Positions 41,707 to 55,124 of a DNA stretch of 64,000 bases are shown here, piece after piece. Within the stretch, counting starts at the first letter, position 1, and every line of letters starts with the position of its first letter. Made by a program: the position numbers and the translations under genes. Below the pieces are notes generated by a model. It had not been told where the DNA came from. It was given only the letters and a program-made list of their open reading frames with translations, and ran no database searches. Source of the stretch: Octopus vulgaris (taxonomy: Eukaryota); the NCBI GenBank assembly GCA_951406725.2, contig OX597827.1:38378001-38442000 (forward strand), in the 5' to 3' direction.

Positions 41707-42345
41707 CAATGGTTCTCAACCATTTTTTTACCTATGGACCCTTTTGATTCCTATTTTGCTCAGGTGGGCCCTTGTAGCCATTTGATACCAAAAATCTCCT
41801 GTTATATTTTTATGATAAAATATAGGCGTAGGAGTGGCTGTGTGGTAGGTAGCTTGCTTACCAACCACATGGTTCTGGGTTCAGTCCCACTGCGTGGCAC
41901 CTTGGGCAAGTGTCTTCTACTATAGCCTAGGGCCGACCAAAGCCTTGTGAGTGGATTTGGTAGACGGAAACTGAAAGAAGCCTGTCATATATAAGTATAT
42001 ATATATATGTGTGTGTGAGTATATGTTTGTGTGTCTGTGTTTGTCCCCCCAGCATTGCTTGACAACCAATGCTGGTGTGTTTACATCCCTGTAACTTAGC
42101 GGTTCGGCAAAAGAGACTGATAGAATAAGTACTAGGCTTACCAAGAATAAGTCCTGGGGTCGATTTGCCTGACTTACGGTGGTGCTCCAGCATGGCCACA
42201 GTCACATGACTGAAACAAGTAAAAGAGTAAAGAGTAAATGTTTTGTGTATTGTAGGAATATAACCTGTTTATTACACATAAATTTTAACAACAAAATCAT
42301 TCATGGGCTCCCAAAGGTCATATGAGCCTTGGTTGAGGACCACTG
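41707..42345. mobile_element. hAT-like MITE with nested SINE A (41824-42237)
   Basis: TIRs caatggttctcaacca / tggttgaggaccactg with a diverged 8-bp flank match; related element at about 29230-29467. Confidence 0.65.
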
Positions 42346-42764
42346 CCCTACGCATGCCAAAATTTCTGTCCTTGTGCTATGTGGACAGAAGCTGTGACTG
42401 ACATACTTGCAGAAATATCTAAAACATTGATGCAGGAGGCTTAGCAGTGCGGTTAAGAAACTTACTTTGCAGCTGCATGGTTTTAGGTTCAGTTCCATTG
42501 TGCAGCATCTTGAGCAAGTGTCTTCTACTTAGCTCTAAGCCAGCCACTGTCTTGAGAATGAATTTGGTTGTTGGAAACTGTGTAGAAGCTTGTCGTGTGT
42601 GTGCATGTATGTGTATATGTCTTAGACTGTGTTTGTATCCCCACCACCATTCAACTAGTGTTGGATTGTTTATATTCCCTTGACTTTGTAGTTTGTCAAA
42701 AGAGACCAATAGAGTAATTACCAAATGCAACAGAAAAAACATAAGTACTGGGGTCAATTTGTTT

Positions 42765-43118
42765 GACAAAGCCCTTCAAGGCAGTGGCCCAGGTTGGTTG
42801 CAGACCAATGATTGACACAAGTAAAAGATTTTAAAAATCACAATGAGAGATCAAAGAGAAACAAACTAGTGTGGGTGCCCTTTGTGTGACATTTCTTTCC
42901 ATTGCTTGTCTCTTTTACTGAGCTGCTATTCTGGATCAAACCCTTCGACAAAACCCTTCAAGGCAGTGCCCCAGGCTGGTTGCAGACCAATGATTGACAC
43001 AAGTAAAAGATTTTAAAAATCACAATGAGAGATCAAAGAGAAACAAACTAGTGTGGGTGCCCTTTGTGTGACATTTCTTTCCATTGCTTGTCTCTTTTAC
43101 TGAGCTGCTATTCTGGAT
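42765..43118 (+). repeat. 172-bp tandem duplication with 10-bp junction insert
   Basis: 42765-42936 is repeated at 42947-43118 with 3 mismatches; junction caaacccttc. Confidence 0.92.
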
Positions 43119-43345
43119 GAAACACAGGCAGAGATGGAGTATTTGGCATTGAAAATGTTGTCATGTTCTCGTGACATTTCTACCTAAGTTCAAATCTTAC
43201 TGCAACTGACTTTGTCTTTCATTCTTGTGGATGATGACTTTTACTTATAAGTCAAGATTTTTGTTTTCTACCTCAGAATAACTTCTTGTTAACACCTTCC
43301 CTTGTGGTTTTCTTTAATAATAAAAAACTTAAATAGGTACATTAA

Positions 43346-43631
43346 CCCTTTGGCTGCTAAATTAAAATTCATGATCATTCCCGTAATGATGTTAATTATC
43401 CACCAGAAAGTAGAATTGATGTTTTTTCTGCTTCCAAAAGTATTTTGATTCTTGTTCTCTAAAGAGATATTTGAAGAAATAATATGATAAACTTAAGAAC
43501 ATGTGAAAAATTACCCTTCATAAGAAGTGTCACTGGGAAGGTGTCTCCACTTACTGCAGTACTAAACTGTTTTCCACTGTTAATGGTTATAAAATTTTGA
43601 GCAGACATATCTGATTTCCGCATTCAAAGGG
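43346..43631. mobile_element. piggyBac-like MITE
   Basis: ttaa|CCCTTTG ... CAAAGGG|ttaa. Confidence 0.6.
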
Positions 43632-46424
43632 TTAATTAATATCTATTTCCATCTTCTGACTTATATGGAAATAAGTGTATTTTTCTAAAAAAAATTTACT
43701 CTCTTATTCAACTACCTGTTTTTGCTTTAAAATTTTTTTCACATTCCTTTTTTCTTTTTCTTCTTTTTTTGCCAGTAGTGAGATGGTGGAAGTTAATAAC
43801 TTACTAATTATCCCCACTTCACTTTATTCCATACATTGTTAATTAATTTTCCTTTTACGATAATAATGAATAATAATAATGAGCTTATTGTATATAGTGC
43901 TCAGGTGCACTATAACTCATCAGAAAAGGTTCAAAGAGTGTACAGAAAGCAGACATGTGAGTCAAGTAAATAAAGGCAGCAATGAAGGCTAGAAGTGGGT
44001 GCACAGTACACAGAATAATAGCTATTTTCTCTCTGTTAAGCTATTTAAATCCTTTCTTTTGGATAAGCCATCATTCCGCCAGGTTTTACTTCAGCCAGAG
44101 AATTTTTCATGTAAGTCTCAAGTTTACTTAAGACTGTTTGTATTTTATTCTGTTTTTTTATATTTTATTTCATTTTATTAGTTCTGAGATTCCCTCTCCT
44201 CCCTGTTCTCTTGTTTAGGTCAGGGGCTTACTCTTTTGCTTTTACTTGTTTCAGTCATTTGACTGTGGCCATGCTGGAGCACCACCTTTAGTCGAGCAAA
44301 TTGTTATTATCTCATAGTGTCTTTTACTATAGCCTCAGACCAACCAAAGCCTTGTGTGTGTGTGTGTGTATGTATATTTATGTGTGTGTTTGCTCCCCCA
44401 ACATCACTTGATAACCGATGTTTAGTCCTCTAAACTTAGTGGTTTGGCAAAAGAGACCAATAGAATAAGTACTATGCAGTTCTCCAGTATGGCCACAGTC
44501 AGATAACTGAAATGTGTACAAGAATAATATGTATACATATATATATATGTGTGCGTGTGTGTGTGTGTATATATTTAATAAAAAGTCTATCAATATTTTG
44601 ATGTCCACATTTCCTTATATTGGCTGTGTCCAACTCAAGGTTAGCCTGACAATACTCTATAAACAGAAATGGATTTATTCTCTGGTATTTCAGTGTCATA
44701 GAACACTAGTTGGTCTTTATATTTGGGAAACTGTAAATCTTTTACTGTTGTCAACCTTTACCTGTTTCCACGCCAGACATGTTTTTATGGAAGGTTGGAA
44801 GCGAACAACACCGCTTGTATGGTGGTGATGCTCATTTACAAACACCATGATGTCAGAGCAAGAACACATGCAAACACACACCCATGTGGCACGTAAAAAG
44901 CACCCACTACACCAAGAAACTCATAATTGGCATTAGGAAGGGCATCCAGCTGTAGAAACACTGCCAGATCAGACTGGAGCCTGGCGCAGCCTCCTGGCTT
45001 CCCAGACCCTGGTTGAACCGTCCAACCCATGCTAGCATGGAAAACAGAAGTTAAACGATGATGATGATGATATACTCAGACAGGCCTCTTTCAGTTTCCT
45101 CTACCAAGACGCTTTCCTAAGGTGTTGCGCAGTGGGACTAACCGCAAAACCATGGTTGGGAAACAAGATTGTTAACTACACAACCATAGTTACACCTATA
45201 TTATAATTTCTTCTTTCCTTAAAGCTTTTGAGCAGTAAAGAAACAAGCCATTTTATAGCATTCAATATCTCCCATAAATGCTAAAAAAAAATTTTTTTTA
45301 ATAAAAAAAACCAAAAGAACTCGTCTAACAACTGAAGTGACACGTTTCCTTTTCTATAAAGGTCTTTACTAAGCAAGTTTTAAACTGACTTGACATGTGT
45401 ACCATGAAATACAGTTTCTGCAGCCAATCATTATCTTCCAGTCCAGGATATAGCTATTATCATGGCTACTAAGAGTTTGTAAGAATTGTTTTATGTTCAT
45501 CTGTCACACTCCTTTCACACTCTTGCAAACTTACTTATCAGCCCTCTCACTCTGCCCAATCCTCTGCACCATGTCTCTTACATTCACATCCCTGTGACTT
45601 GAGGGCGTACCCAGACACATCTTCACCACCATGTTTCTCCCCCCCCCCCCGCGAGGGTAGCCATGTATCTCCTCTCCAGCAATATTACTCCCACACTCAT
45701 TTGAGTAGGGTCTTGTATTATGAGTTTCTTGGTGACCTCACTGGTGTTAGTGCCACGTTAAAAGCACCCAGTACATTCTGTAAATTGGTTAGAATTAGGA
45801 AGGGCATGCAGCTGTATAAACCATACCAGAATGAAAACAGACATTAAATGGTGATGAGGGTGATTCTGTGCGAGTTGTAAATCTCTTCAGAGAATCACCT
45901 TTAAAAGGTTATTAATTAGCAATAAATATGAACGAGTATAGTAAACTTCTTCAAGTAATGCACAGAATTGTCAGTGGTTTAGAACCTCCTGTCAACTACC
46001 TTGTTTAAAATTTTGATCACAAGTTTCATAACTTTCATACATTCAGGAGGAAAACAATTTTTGATCAAATAAATTCATCTGTAAAATTACAGATTATTTC
46101 TTTATCTTTCTCATACTCAGTGCTCCAAAAATTACCTGAACTCTTTTCTGCTCTCATCCCCAGTTCTAGGATCATTCACTTGTACTCTTTACTAGCTTGA
46201 TACTTTTCAGAAAAGCGATTGAGTCTTTATTCATAAATTGTTGTTCTACGTTGTTTTTCTTATTGTTGGCAAATGTTATACAACATTAAATACAATGATA
46301 AGCTGAGTCTTCAATGAAAGTACACATCTGTAACCAAGCTTTGTTGAAGGTCTTCATTTTAATATGCATTTTTCTTATCTGACATAATTAATCTATCAAC
46401 TGCATTAAATTCATCACTGTAAAA

Positions 46425-47135
46425 TTAGGTTAAGCACTTTACTCCCTTTGGAGCATAGACCATCAACAAATTTTCCTCTACTATCCTCAACTCTGGTTTG
46501 TCTTCTTTGCATCTCTCCAGTTGGACCCCTCCTTGTTCATCTCTAACATAGTATTGTACCTCCAGCTGTCTCTTGGAGGCATCCTCTTTTTCCATTTCCC
46601 ATATAGGATCCAGGTTAGGGCTCTGGAGGATAGACCACCAACTCTGGTCAGTCTTATCTTCATCTTTTTTTAGCTAGGCCTCAGCATCCTGCCTCCAACT
46701 ATTTTTTGGGGCATCCTTACTTCTATCTCCCATGTAGGATGCAGGTTAGGGCTTAATGTGTAATGCAAGGTGTTGGTTCCTTTAAGGTGTGGCCTATCCA
46801 TTTTTCGAGTTTTTGCCACACTGCCTCATGAGTTACTTGATGACTTCGTATGTTTCCTTGAGAGATTGAGTAATGGCCTTCCTCACCCAACTTTTGTTCA
46901 TATTCAATTGTCATTAATGCTTCTGTCACTTTGCTTTTTTCTCTAGTACAGTTGTCAGTCCTGCACAAAGTCACTTTTACCTCTGGGTTGAGGTGGTCCA
47001 TATTAGACTGGCCTCTCTATCCATTGACTTGTCCACTATGGGAGACCCTACCAGCAGCTTGCACTTCACTGGCACAGCTCTCAGGGCCATAGAGGTACAC
47101 CAGCCATTACACTGCAGCAAGGACTGGACCTTGTG
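46425..47135 (-). mobile_element. Internally deleted (bipartite) RTE element
   Basis: RTE-type 5' leader (ccctgagagctgtgcc...ggtagggtctcccat...gaggccag) joined within about 250 bp to 3' ORF motifs WIGHTLK, ALTWI..GK.G and FVDGLCSKG. Confidence 0.65.
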
Positions 47136-47403
47136 GTGGTGTCATTATAAAGTCTTTATGAAATATTATACATAATGGTTGCAACCAAGAAGAAAACAAG
47201 GAGTCAACTATAAGCCCTAGGCAGTAGCCAAACAATCAATGGACTACACTGAATCACTTTTAATAATTATCTAGGGCCAGCTTTCTTACTTCCCAGGCTG
47301 GAATAACATGCTCAGATTATAGTCAAATATGTATTTTTGGCTATAATGTTTTGTACACTATTTCCATTACTTGGACTGGTGTCCGCCTCTAGATTGATGC
47401 TTT

Positions 47404-47445
47404 CACTATGTTTCAGCTGTTGTACAATCTGGCCTTCTTCAGGTG
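47404..47445 (-). ncRNA. Decayed minimal hammerhead motif (PLE type)
   Basis: cac-CTGAAGA-aggccagattgtacaacagct-GAAAC-ATA-gtg; stem I cac/gtg, weak stem II, GUH triplet changed to AUA. Confidence 0.5.
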
Positions 47446-48237
47446 TCTTGTGGCTGAACTCAGTGCAGCACCTGCTGGTTCTGAGTTCAATCCCAGGCAA
47501 AGCACTAAGACAAGGACACCTGTCCGATCAATGTAAATAGTGTACATAATATAAATTCCTCATCTCAGAAATATAGAGTTATATGATGTTTTGTGTTACT
47601 ATGGTTTTATTTTCATCCTCTTGTTGCATTTACCTTACAGGTGAATAAAGATTGAACATTCTTTTCATCCTTCTAGGAGACTTTTCATTTAGGTAATTAA
47701 AAAAATATTTCTCAAAGGTAACACAGTCATTAAATAACATAAGATACATATCAGGTATGGTTATGTATGCTGGGGAAGGTGTACATTGAGATGATGTGAC
47801 CTCTCCACATAACTGCCAACATAGCATAAGCAATTTTTCATGAGTTTGTGCTCACAGACTGTGATATTTTAGTTTGTTTCCTGTATTTTATAATTAATAG
47901 CAATTATTGTTCCTAACAAACTTATGCTTATCCAGCAGCACCCAAGCCTATGATGCCTGATCTCCCATCTATAATACAGCCACATAAGATGCAGGACAAT
48001 TTTTTTGATTCAATTACAAGTAGAAAAAAAGCAAGTCTTATATGCTAACAAATATGGTATATTGTATGCAGTAAAATAGTACAGGTAAAATAGCAGAAGC
48101 AGTTTATAGTACCCAGTTTGAGAAGATGCAAACTCTGTTCTACAATGTATTCAGTAATGCTGCAGATATCCAGCAAACAATATACATGTTTTAATCTCAA
48201 GAGTGGAGTTTTGTGTATTGGTTCTGTCTACTTATAA

Positions 48238-48705
48238 CAGGGGTGATCCAGGGTTTTTTGGTGGGTATTGCCCAAAGGTTTTTTTAAAAAATACTATATA
48301 AGGTAGGAATTCGTAACAAATGGACATGTTTTTATGTATTCTTTGTTGGAGCAGGCCATATGCATATGAAACAGTAACTCTGTGAAACTGCTGGAAATAA
48401 AATAACAAAGTTGTTATATTTGCAACAGTGCAGTGAATATTGATTTACCTATGGAAAGTAGTGGCAAACTACACTTGTGTATCATAACTTAATAACATGG
48501 TCACTTTATAATCCAAGTTAATGAAAACAACAAAACCATCATTGAAGCTCAAACTTGTAGGTCTGACAACTCCTATTCTAATAAGAGTAGAATCCCTTTT
48601 CCTTGACTATTACCCGAAAACCCTTGTCCTGAGTTTTTTGGTGACAGCTTGGCTAGAAAGGGTGTTGCCTGGTTAGCTAACACAACACCCCTGAATCCGC
48701 CACTG
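48238..48705. mobile_element. Possible hAT-like DNA transposon remnant
   Basis: Imperfect TIRs caggggtgatccaggg / cccctgaatccgccactg; no clear TSD. Confidence 0.35.
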
Positions 48706-48821
48706 TATAAAGTGTTATGTCATTCACTCATTCATATTGTAAAGTTTCATTAAACAAGACATTCATGAACCCATCCAAAGTTCTGCTCTTTGTCCAATGA
48801 TATTGTCTTTTGTAATACTAG

Positions 48822-49001
<180 letters not shown>

Positions 49002-49011
49002 TAACATTGGC

Positions 49012-49129
<118 letters not shown>

Positions 49130-50647
49130 ACACATTACCACTTCAGTTATTGTTGTTGTTCACTGGGCAAAATGCTTGGCAAGTGTTTTGTCTGTCAAGT
49201 ACAAGTTGAACATTGGGGGTCAATGTAATCAACTTACTCCTTCCCTGAAATTACTGGCATTGTGTCAAATCTGAAACCATCATTATTGCTGTTGTTATCA
49301 TCATTTGATCCAGTGTTTGTATTCATTATTTGCTATGCCGTTTTAATGAAGACATAGACCAAGTTAAGCTCTGTGAGGAGAAAGTAGACAAGGGGAAAAT
49401 ATTTAAATCTATTGCATTTAACAATTAATATACAATAATTTGTATTGTAGACTTCATGCATCATCTGGCTGAACATCTGTTCTTTGGATGCCTTCAGCAG
49501 CTGTCATTCTGTTGCAAGTATTCAGGGTGGGTCTCTGGTTTGAAGAGAACTCCCTTTCTTCCTCTCACAAACCTCAGAGACCCTAAAAAATTACAAGTCA
49601 TGAGTGTTGCCCTCCCTTCCTTGATTAGTAATAAAGAAATATGTATACTCTTCTTATGAATATTGGTTTCAAATTTTGGCACAAGGCCAGCAATTTTGGG
49701 GATGGTGTAATTCAATCACATCAACCCCAGTGCTCAACTGGTACTTATTTTACCAACCCTGAAAGGATAGAATGCAAAGTTGACCTCAGCAGAATTTGAA
49801 CTCAGAATGTTTCAACTGATGAAATGCTACTTAGTATTTTGCTCAGCATGATAATGATTCTATGAAGGGCCTTTTGTCCCTCTAAGGGTTAATATAACAA
49901 AGTACAACTCAAGTACTGGGACCAATGGTACTTACTGCCTAAAACTCTCTGAAAATTGTTGGCCTTGTGCATAAATACAAAACTGTTGTTGTTGCTATTA
50001 TCTGTGTCTAATATCAGTTTAAGAGTAAATTGCTAAAGGTCCATGACTTTCATGTGAGTTCCATGTAGTTAATGTTCAGTTTCAACATTTGTATATCAGT
50101 GATTCTTTGATGTCAATTAAGTGCAGAAGAAGGGCTGAGTAAAAAAAAAAAGAGAAATGTTTAGTGTGGTATGAGTGAGGTGATGTACTGTGATGAGTGA
50201 AAAAGAGGGGAAATTGGTATGTTGGATAGTCCAGAGAGAACCATAGGCTATTATTATAGTGGTAGAAGAGACAAAGAGAGGGTAAAATTTCTACATATAT
50301 ATATATATCACCGCACCGATCAGGCTATCAGATGTTGCTACGCATCGCTGGTCACAATGCACTTCGCATTGTTTTAGCCTTCAAATGACGCCTGCCTGAT
50401 GGCTAAGCGAGCAGGCTAACAGAAGAAAAAGTGAGAGAAAGTTGTGGTGAAAGAGTACAGCAAGGATCGCCACTACTCCTGCTGGAGCCTTGCGGAGCTT
50501 TAGGTGTTTTCGCTCAATAAACAACCACAACACCCAGTCTGGGTATCAAAACCGCAATCCTACAACCACGAGTCCGCTGCCCTAACCACTGGGCCATTGT
50601 GCCTCCACATATACATATACATACACACAAACATACATACATGCATA

Positions 50648-51524
50648 CAGAGCACGGTGAATATATTATCATCTAAATTAAGCAAAAATGAAAATAACAC
50701 TGACATCTCATTTTAACAGATATATTTATCTAAATTACATAAAAATATCTTGAAATACTAAAGAGTAAATTTATTCAATAAAATCGTCATTGGCTTCAAC
50801 CAATTCCTTCGTATGATTTCAGAATCTCCTGCAACTCTTCAGGATGGTCTCCTTGTTTAAGTTGGTGAATGCTGCCATAACGTAATCCTTGCCTTCAGTT
50901 CATCTTTGGTGTTACAAGGAGTTTTATTGGTCTCTCACTCAACTGTGGCCCACACCTAATAATCATGAGGGTCTGGGAAGTTATGTGGCTAGACATTAGG
51001 GGTGATGTAGTCACGAAAATTGTCTGACACCCATGACTGGGTTCTCCTGCTTGTGTGGAATGGTGCAGAGTCTTGTTGGCAGACATAGGGTCTTCCAGTA
51101 GCCACCCTCAGCACTACCTCCTCCAGGTACTTGATGTAGACCTCCAAGATGAGTCTGAGTCCATGTGGAAAGATGAATGGAGACATAACATTGCCATCAC
51201 TAGTGTTCACTCCAAACACTGTGATGTTGACTAGATGTTTGATTTTTATCACTCTCTGTACACTGTCCTCATATTGCACTGTCCTCATATTGACACCCAA
51301 AGACTCTGAAATGTTTGTATTGGAACTTCCAGCACAAATGCCAAGCAGTACAGCATGTAATTTCCAAATTTCTGGTAGAGTGAATTGCGTCATGGTGCTG
51401 TTTTTCTTGCAGATGGTGCCCAACTGACCCTACTATACTGTGTAGTTGACAAAATCAAAAACAAACAATTGGTGTGCACAAAATTAAAAATGTAAAATGG
51501 AGACAATTTACCCATCACACCCTG
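50648..51524 (-). mobile_element. Decayed Tc1/mariner (DD37D/maT-like) transposon with internal deletion
   Basis: ORF 50989-51423 with ...VFGVNTSDG..SPFIF...YIKYLEEVV...YVCQQDSAPFHTSRRTQSW...PNV*PHNFPDPHDY*VW (decayed WPPNSPDLNPLDY); imperfect TIRs starting cag; TA at the left end. Confidence 0.85.
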
Positions 51525-52020
51525 CGTATGTATGATGGATTTTCCTATTGTAATTTGCAGATGAAGGTTCCACAACTTCTTACTGAAAAAACTTGCACAG
51601 ATGATTTGTTTATTGTGATCAAATCTGTGTGGTGTACATAAGCTCATCTGTCCATCAAATTGACATTGCTTGTTCAGATGCATGGTGTGCCACACCTCAG
51701 ATGTCAAAGTGGTCACAGCACAATATGAGATTAAGTGTTTTGCTCAAGAACACAATATACTACCTGGTCTGGGAATCAAACACACAATCACATGATCACA
51801 AGTGCAACACCCTAACCACTAAGCTACATACCCTCTTATTTATATATATGTGTGTGTGATAAAGAAGTTAGGCAAGTCGACATACAAATCAACTTGCCTA
51901 ACTTGCTTATCCATACATTTACTCCTCTACCTGCACAAGTTTAAATCTCTTGAGCACTACAAAGTGCATTCCACATGGAGAATATCTGTCTCTCATCTAT
52001 AAACTATATATATATATCTA

Positions 52021-52372
52021 CTAGCAGTATCGCTCGGCATTGCTCGGGTTTGTTTCGACCCTTTAGAATTGGAATTTTTGGAAAGTAAAAATTTTGCATT
52101 ATGTAACTTGTTATTCTCTTTAAGTGAACATTTTTCTGGTTGAAATACACTGAAAAGTGGCGACACAGCAGTAAAAAAATCGTAAAAAATAGAGATTTTC
52201 ATAGACAAAAAGCATCTTTTTGATGTAAATAATTTTTGGTCTTAACATGGTCCGATTTGAATTTTATCTTCTACGGAATGAAGAGTAAGCCTTCTTCTAT
52301 CATACTCTCAAAGGTACAAAAAAAAATAACTCTCCCCAGACACAACGGTATATATATACATATATATATAGA
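52021..52372 (-). mobile_element. Non-autonomous Helitron
   Basis: Same 3' terminus as 22935-23332 (a|CTAGcagtatcgctcggcattgctcgggtttgt) and a GA|t 5' end, but a different interior. Confidence 0.8.
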
Positions 52373-52558
52373 TAATGTACTCTCTTGTCATAAACAACAG
52401 ATGAGGGTTCTGAAGTTTCATGTCAAATGTCAAAGTGATTGCAGAGGGTTGTGAGATGAAATATTTTGCTCAGGAACACAATGTACTACCTAATGTAGAA
52501 TGAAAACCATGCTCCTGCGATTTAGAATGCAATGCCCTAACCACGAGACTTCACACCT

Positions 52559-52603
<45 letters not shown>

Positions 52604-52907
52604 CTGGAAAAATATATTTGCTAATGGTTCTTCAGCAACAACTCACCTTGATAAACTCAGTGGCTACTACTAACTCCAGGCCACAACAGAGAATGCTCTC
52701 TGATTGTTAGTTTAACACTTAATCTCAGTCCCCTTCCTAGGTCAAGTACAGTGAGAGAGTTACCTCCATTGCACATGTACTTGCATTTTTCTCCATTTCA
52801 TTGTACACATTTTATTTATTTACATTTGCAGAGCCCTTAGATGTGTACCTTTAACATGTTTTTTTTCTTTCTTTCTTTTCTTTCTTTTTTTGTTGTTGTT
52901 GTTCCAG

Positions 52908-52937
52908 ACTTGACAGGACTATCATTACAACATACAG
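52908..52937 (+). CDS. SMAD4: SMAD4 coding exon 3, 30-nt microexon encoding the nuclear export signal
   Basis: Long U-rich tract + CCAG|AC TTG ACA GGA CTA TCA TTA CAA CAT ACA G|GTAAGT; spliced (D)LTGLSLQHT(A) versus human DLSGLTLQSNA; phase 1/1. Confidence 0.95.
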
Positions 52938-54049
52938 GTAAGTGAAATATTTGTGCTTGTTTCTCTGCTCATCAATGTTTCATTGTATGTATGTGTGCGT
53001 CTGTGTACATGTGTATGTGTGTGCACATCCATACATACACACACACACGTATATGTATATGTTTGTGTCGGACTTTGTGTATGTTCATATAATTGAGCTT
53101 AAATACATACAAATAATTATTACATGCAAACTAAATACAATATCAAAATATTGAATATGAATTAACTGTAAAAATTTTAAAATATAAATTTCAAACATAA
53201 TATAAATTATTCAATACATTTACAAGTACTCAAGTGAGATAGAAGAAAGACAAAAGGCCAGATCTTTACATGGGCCTTAACCCTTTAGCATTTAAACTGA
53301 CCATATCTGACCCAAATATATTACCTGTTTTATGCTCAAACTGGCCAGATTTGGCCTCGTATATCTGCTCTACAATGTCATATCAAAAATATACAATCGC
53401 ATCATCAACATTTCAAAGCTATGAGATAATGCTTGATTAAGTCATAACAATGTGAATAAATAAGCATTACGTTTGACAAAGCAATTTGAATATAAAGGGT
53501 TAAACCTCTTAACTGTTGCACTTCAGGCAACTGTATTATCTATTATGTGAAAGGGCATCTATCATCTCACATTAAATTTAAGCTATATAAATGTTTTATT
53601 GATATAAACAAACAGTAAAGGTAAAGGCCCCCTTCGGTCATGAATGACCATGGGATTGCACCTAGAATGTTACTCTCTGAGGCACATGTCCAGGCAAGAT
53701 TTTTATGGAAGAATGGCAGTTACCTATGCATACCAGCCTCTCCTCTCCATGCCATCGACTTTGTCCAAGAGAAAGGCAAAGGCCAATGTAGTTTGGCACC
53801 AGTGGCGTTGCAACTCATTTCTACAGCTGAGTGAACTGGAACAACATGTCTTGCTCAAGACACAGCCCAATCCAGGAATTGAACTCATTACCTCATGATT
53901 GTGAGCCCAATGCTCTAACCACTGAGCCATGTGCCTTCACAAACAGTACTACCTTATCATATTGCAAATGAGGATCTCATGTGGCCTTCGTAATGTGACC
54001 AATCAGAACGTGATAGATAGAAGGATTATGTCCAGTGATAGACACACTC

Positions 54050-54085
<36 letters not shown>

Positions 54086-55088
54086 CATCTCTCTTTCTCT
54101 CTCTCCATCTCTCTTTCTCTCTCTCTCTCTCCTGGATAAGTAGTTGTAAATATGTTGTATGGTTGATACACAAAACACTATCTATTTATGTATGTGTCAT
54201 AATGTAAACTGAATTATTGTAGTTTAGTTGACTAATTAATTGATTGTAAATATGAGCAGATAGAGAAGTAATGAATGAAACTTTAGTTACAGATAATATA
54301 TGTAGCATCTGACCATGTTGACTTTCATATATAGCAGATACAGATGTCAGGCACTATACATTCATGACACTTATGTCGCTGGGCTACAAATATATATATG
54401 AAAAATCAAGCATGGAAATAAAGGAAAAGGAGAAATGAGCATAGTAATCTTCTCATTAGCTATGCAGACCAGACTTAAGCATAGTTTTGACACATCTAAA
54501 GTCTAAAGACTTGAAATTCCGTGTGTATGTGTGTCTCTATCTCTATGTGTAACTTTTAGGTTAGATGATTGAGACAAGTGGCTATGTGATGATTGTAAAC
54601 TTTCACAACCCATACCAGCATAAAAAAAAATCCTAAAATGAGAATAACAAATATGAACATGAGTAGTGTTGCAAAATTTGAACAGTTAAGAAGTCCACTT
54701 TGCAACAATGAGGCCCCAGGTTCAGTCTTACTGCATAGAACCTTGGCCAATTGTCTTCTACTATCACCTCAGGTCGACCCAAGCCTTTTCTTGTGAAATT
54801 GAGCTAACACAAATTGTGGAAACCCTCCAAGCGAGACTACTTGTAATTCAAGAGATCAGCCTTTTCATTCTATATCAGAGAGTTACATTAAGAAAGCAAG
54901 TGACTGTGGAATAATTTGTGTGTGTGTGTGTATAAGTACAAGCATGGTTATATGATATATACAGATAAACGTGCACACACATATACATACCACAGTAGAA
55001 GTGTGCTGGGCCCATAACCCAGAAGTCTAACGATTGAAATTATTGTCCAACCCATGCAAATGTTGAAAATGGTTGTTAAATGATGACA

Positions 55089-55124
<36 letters not shown>

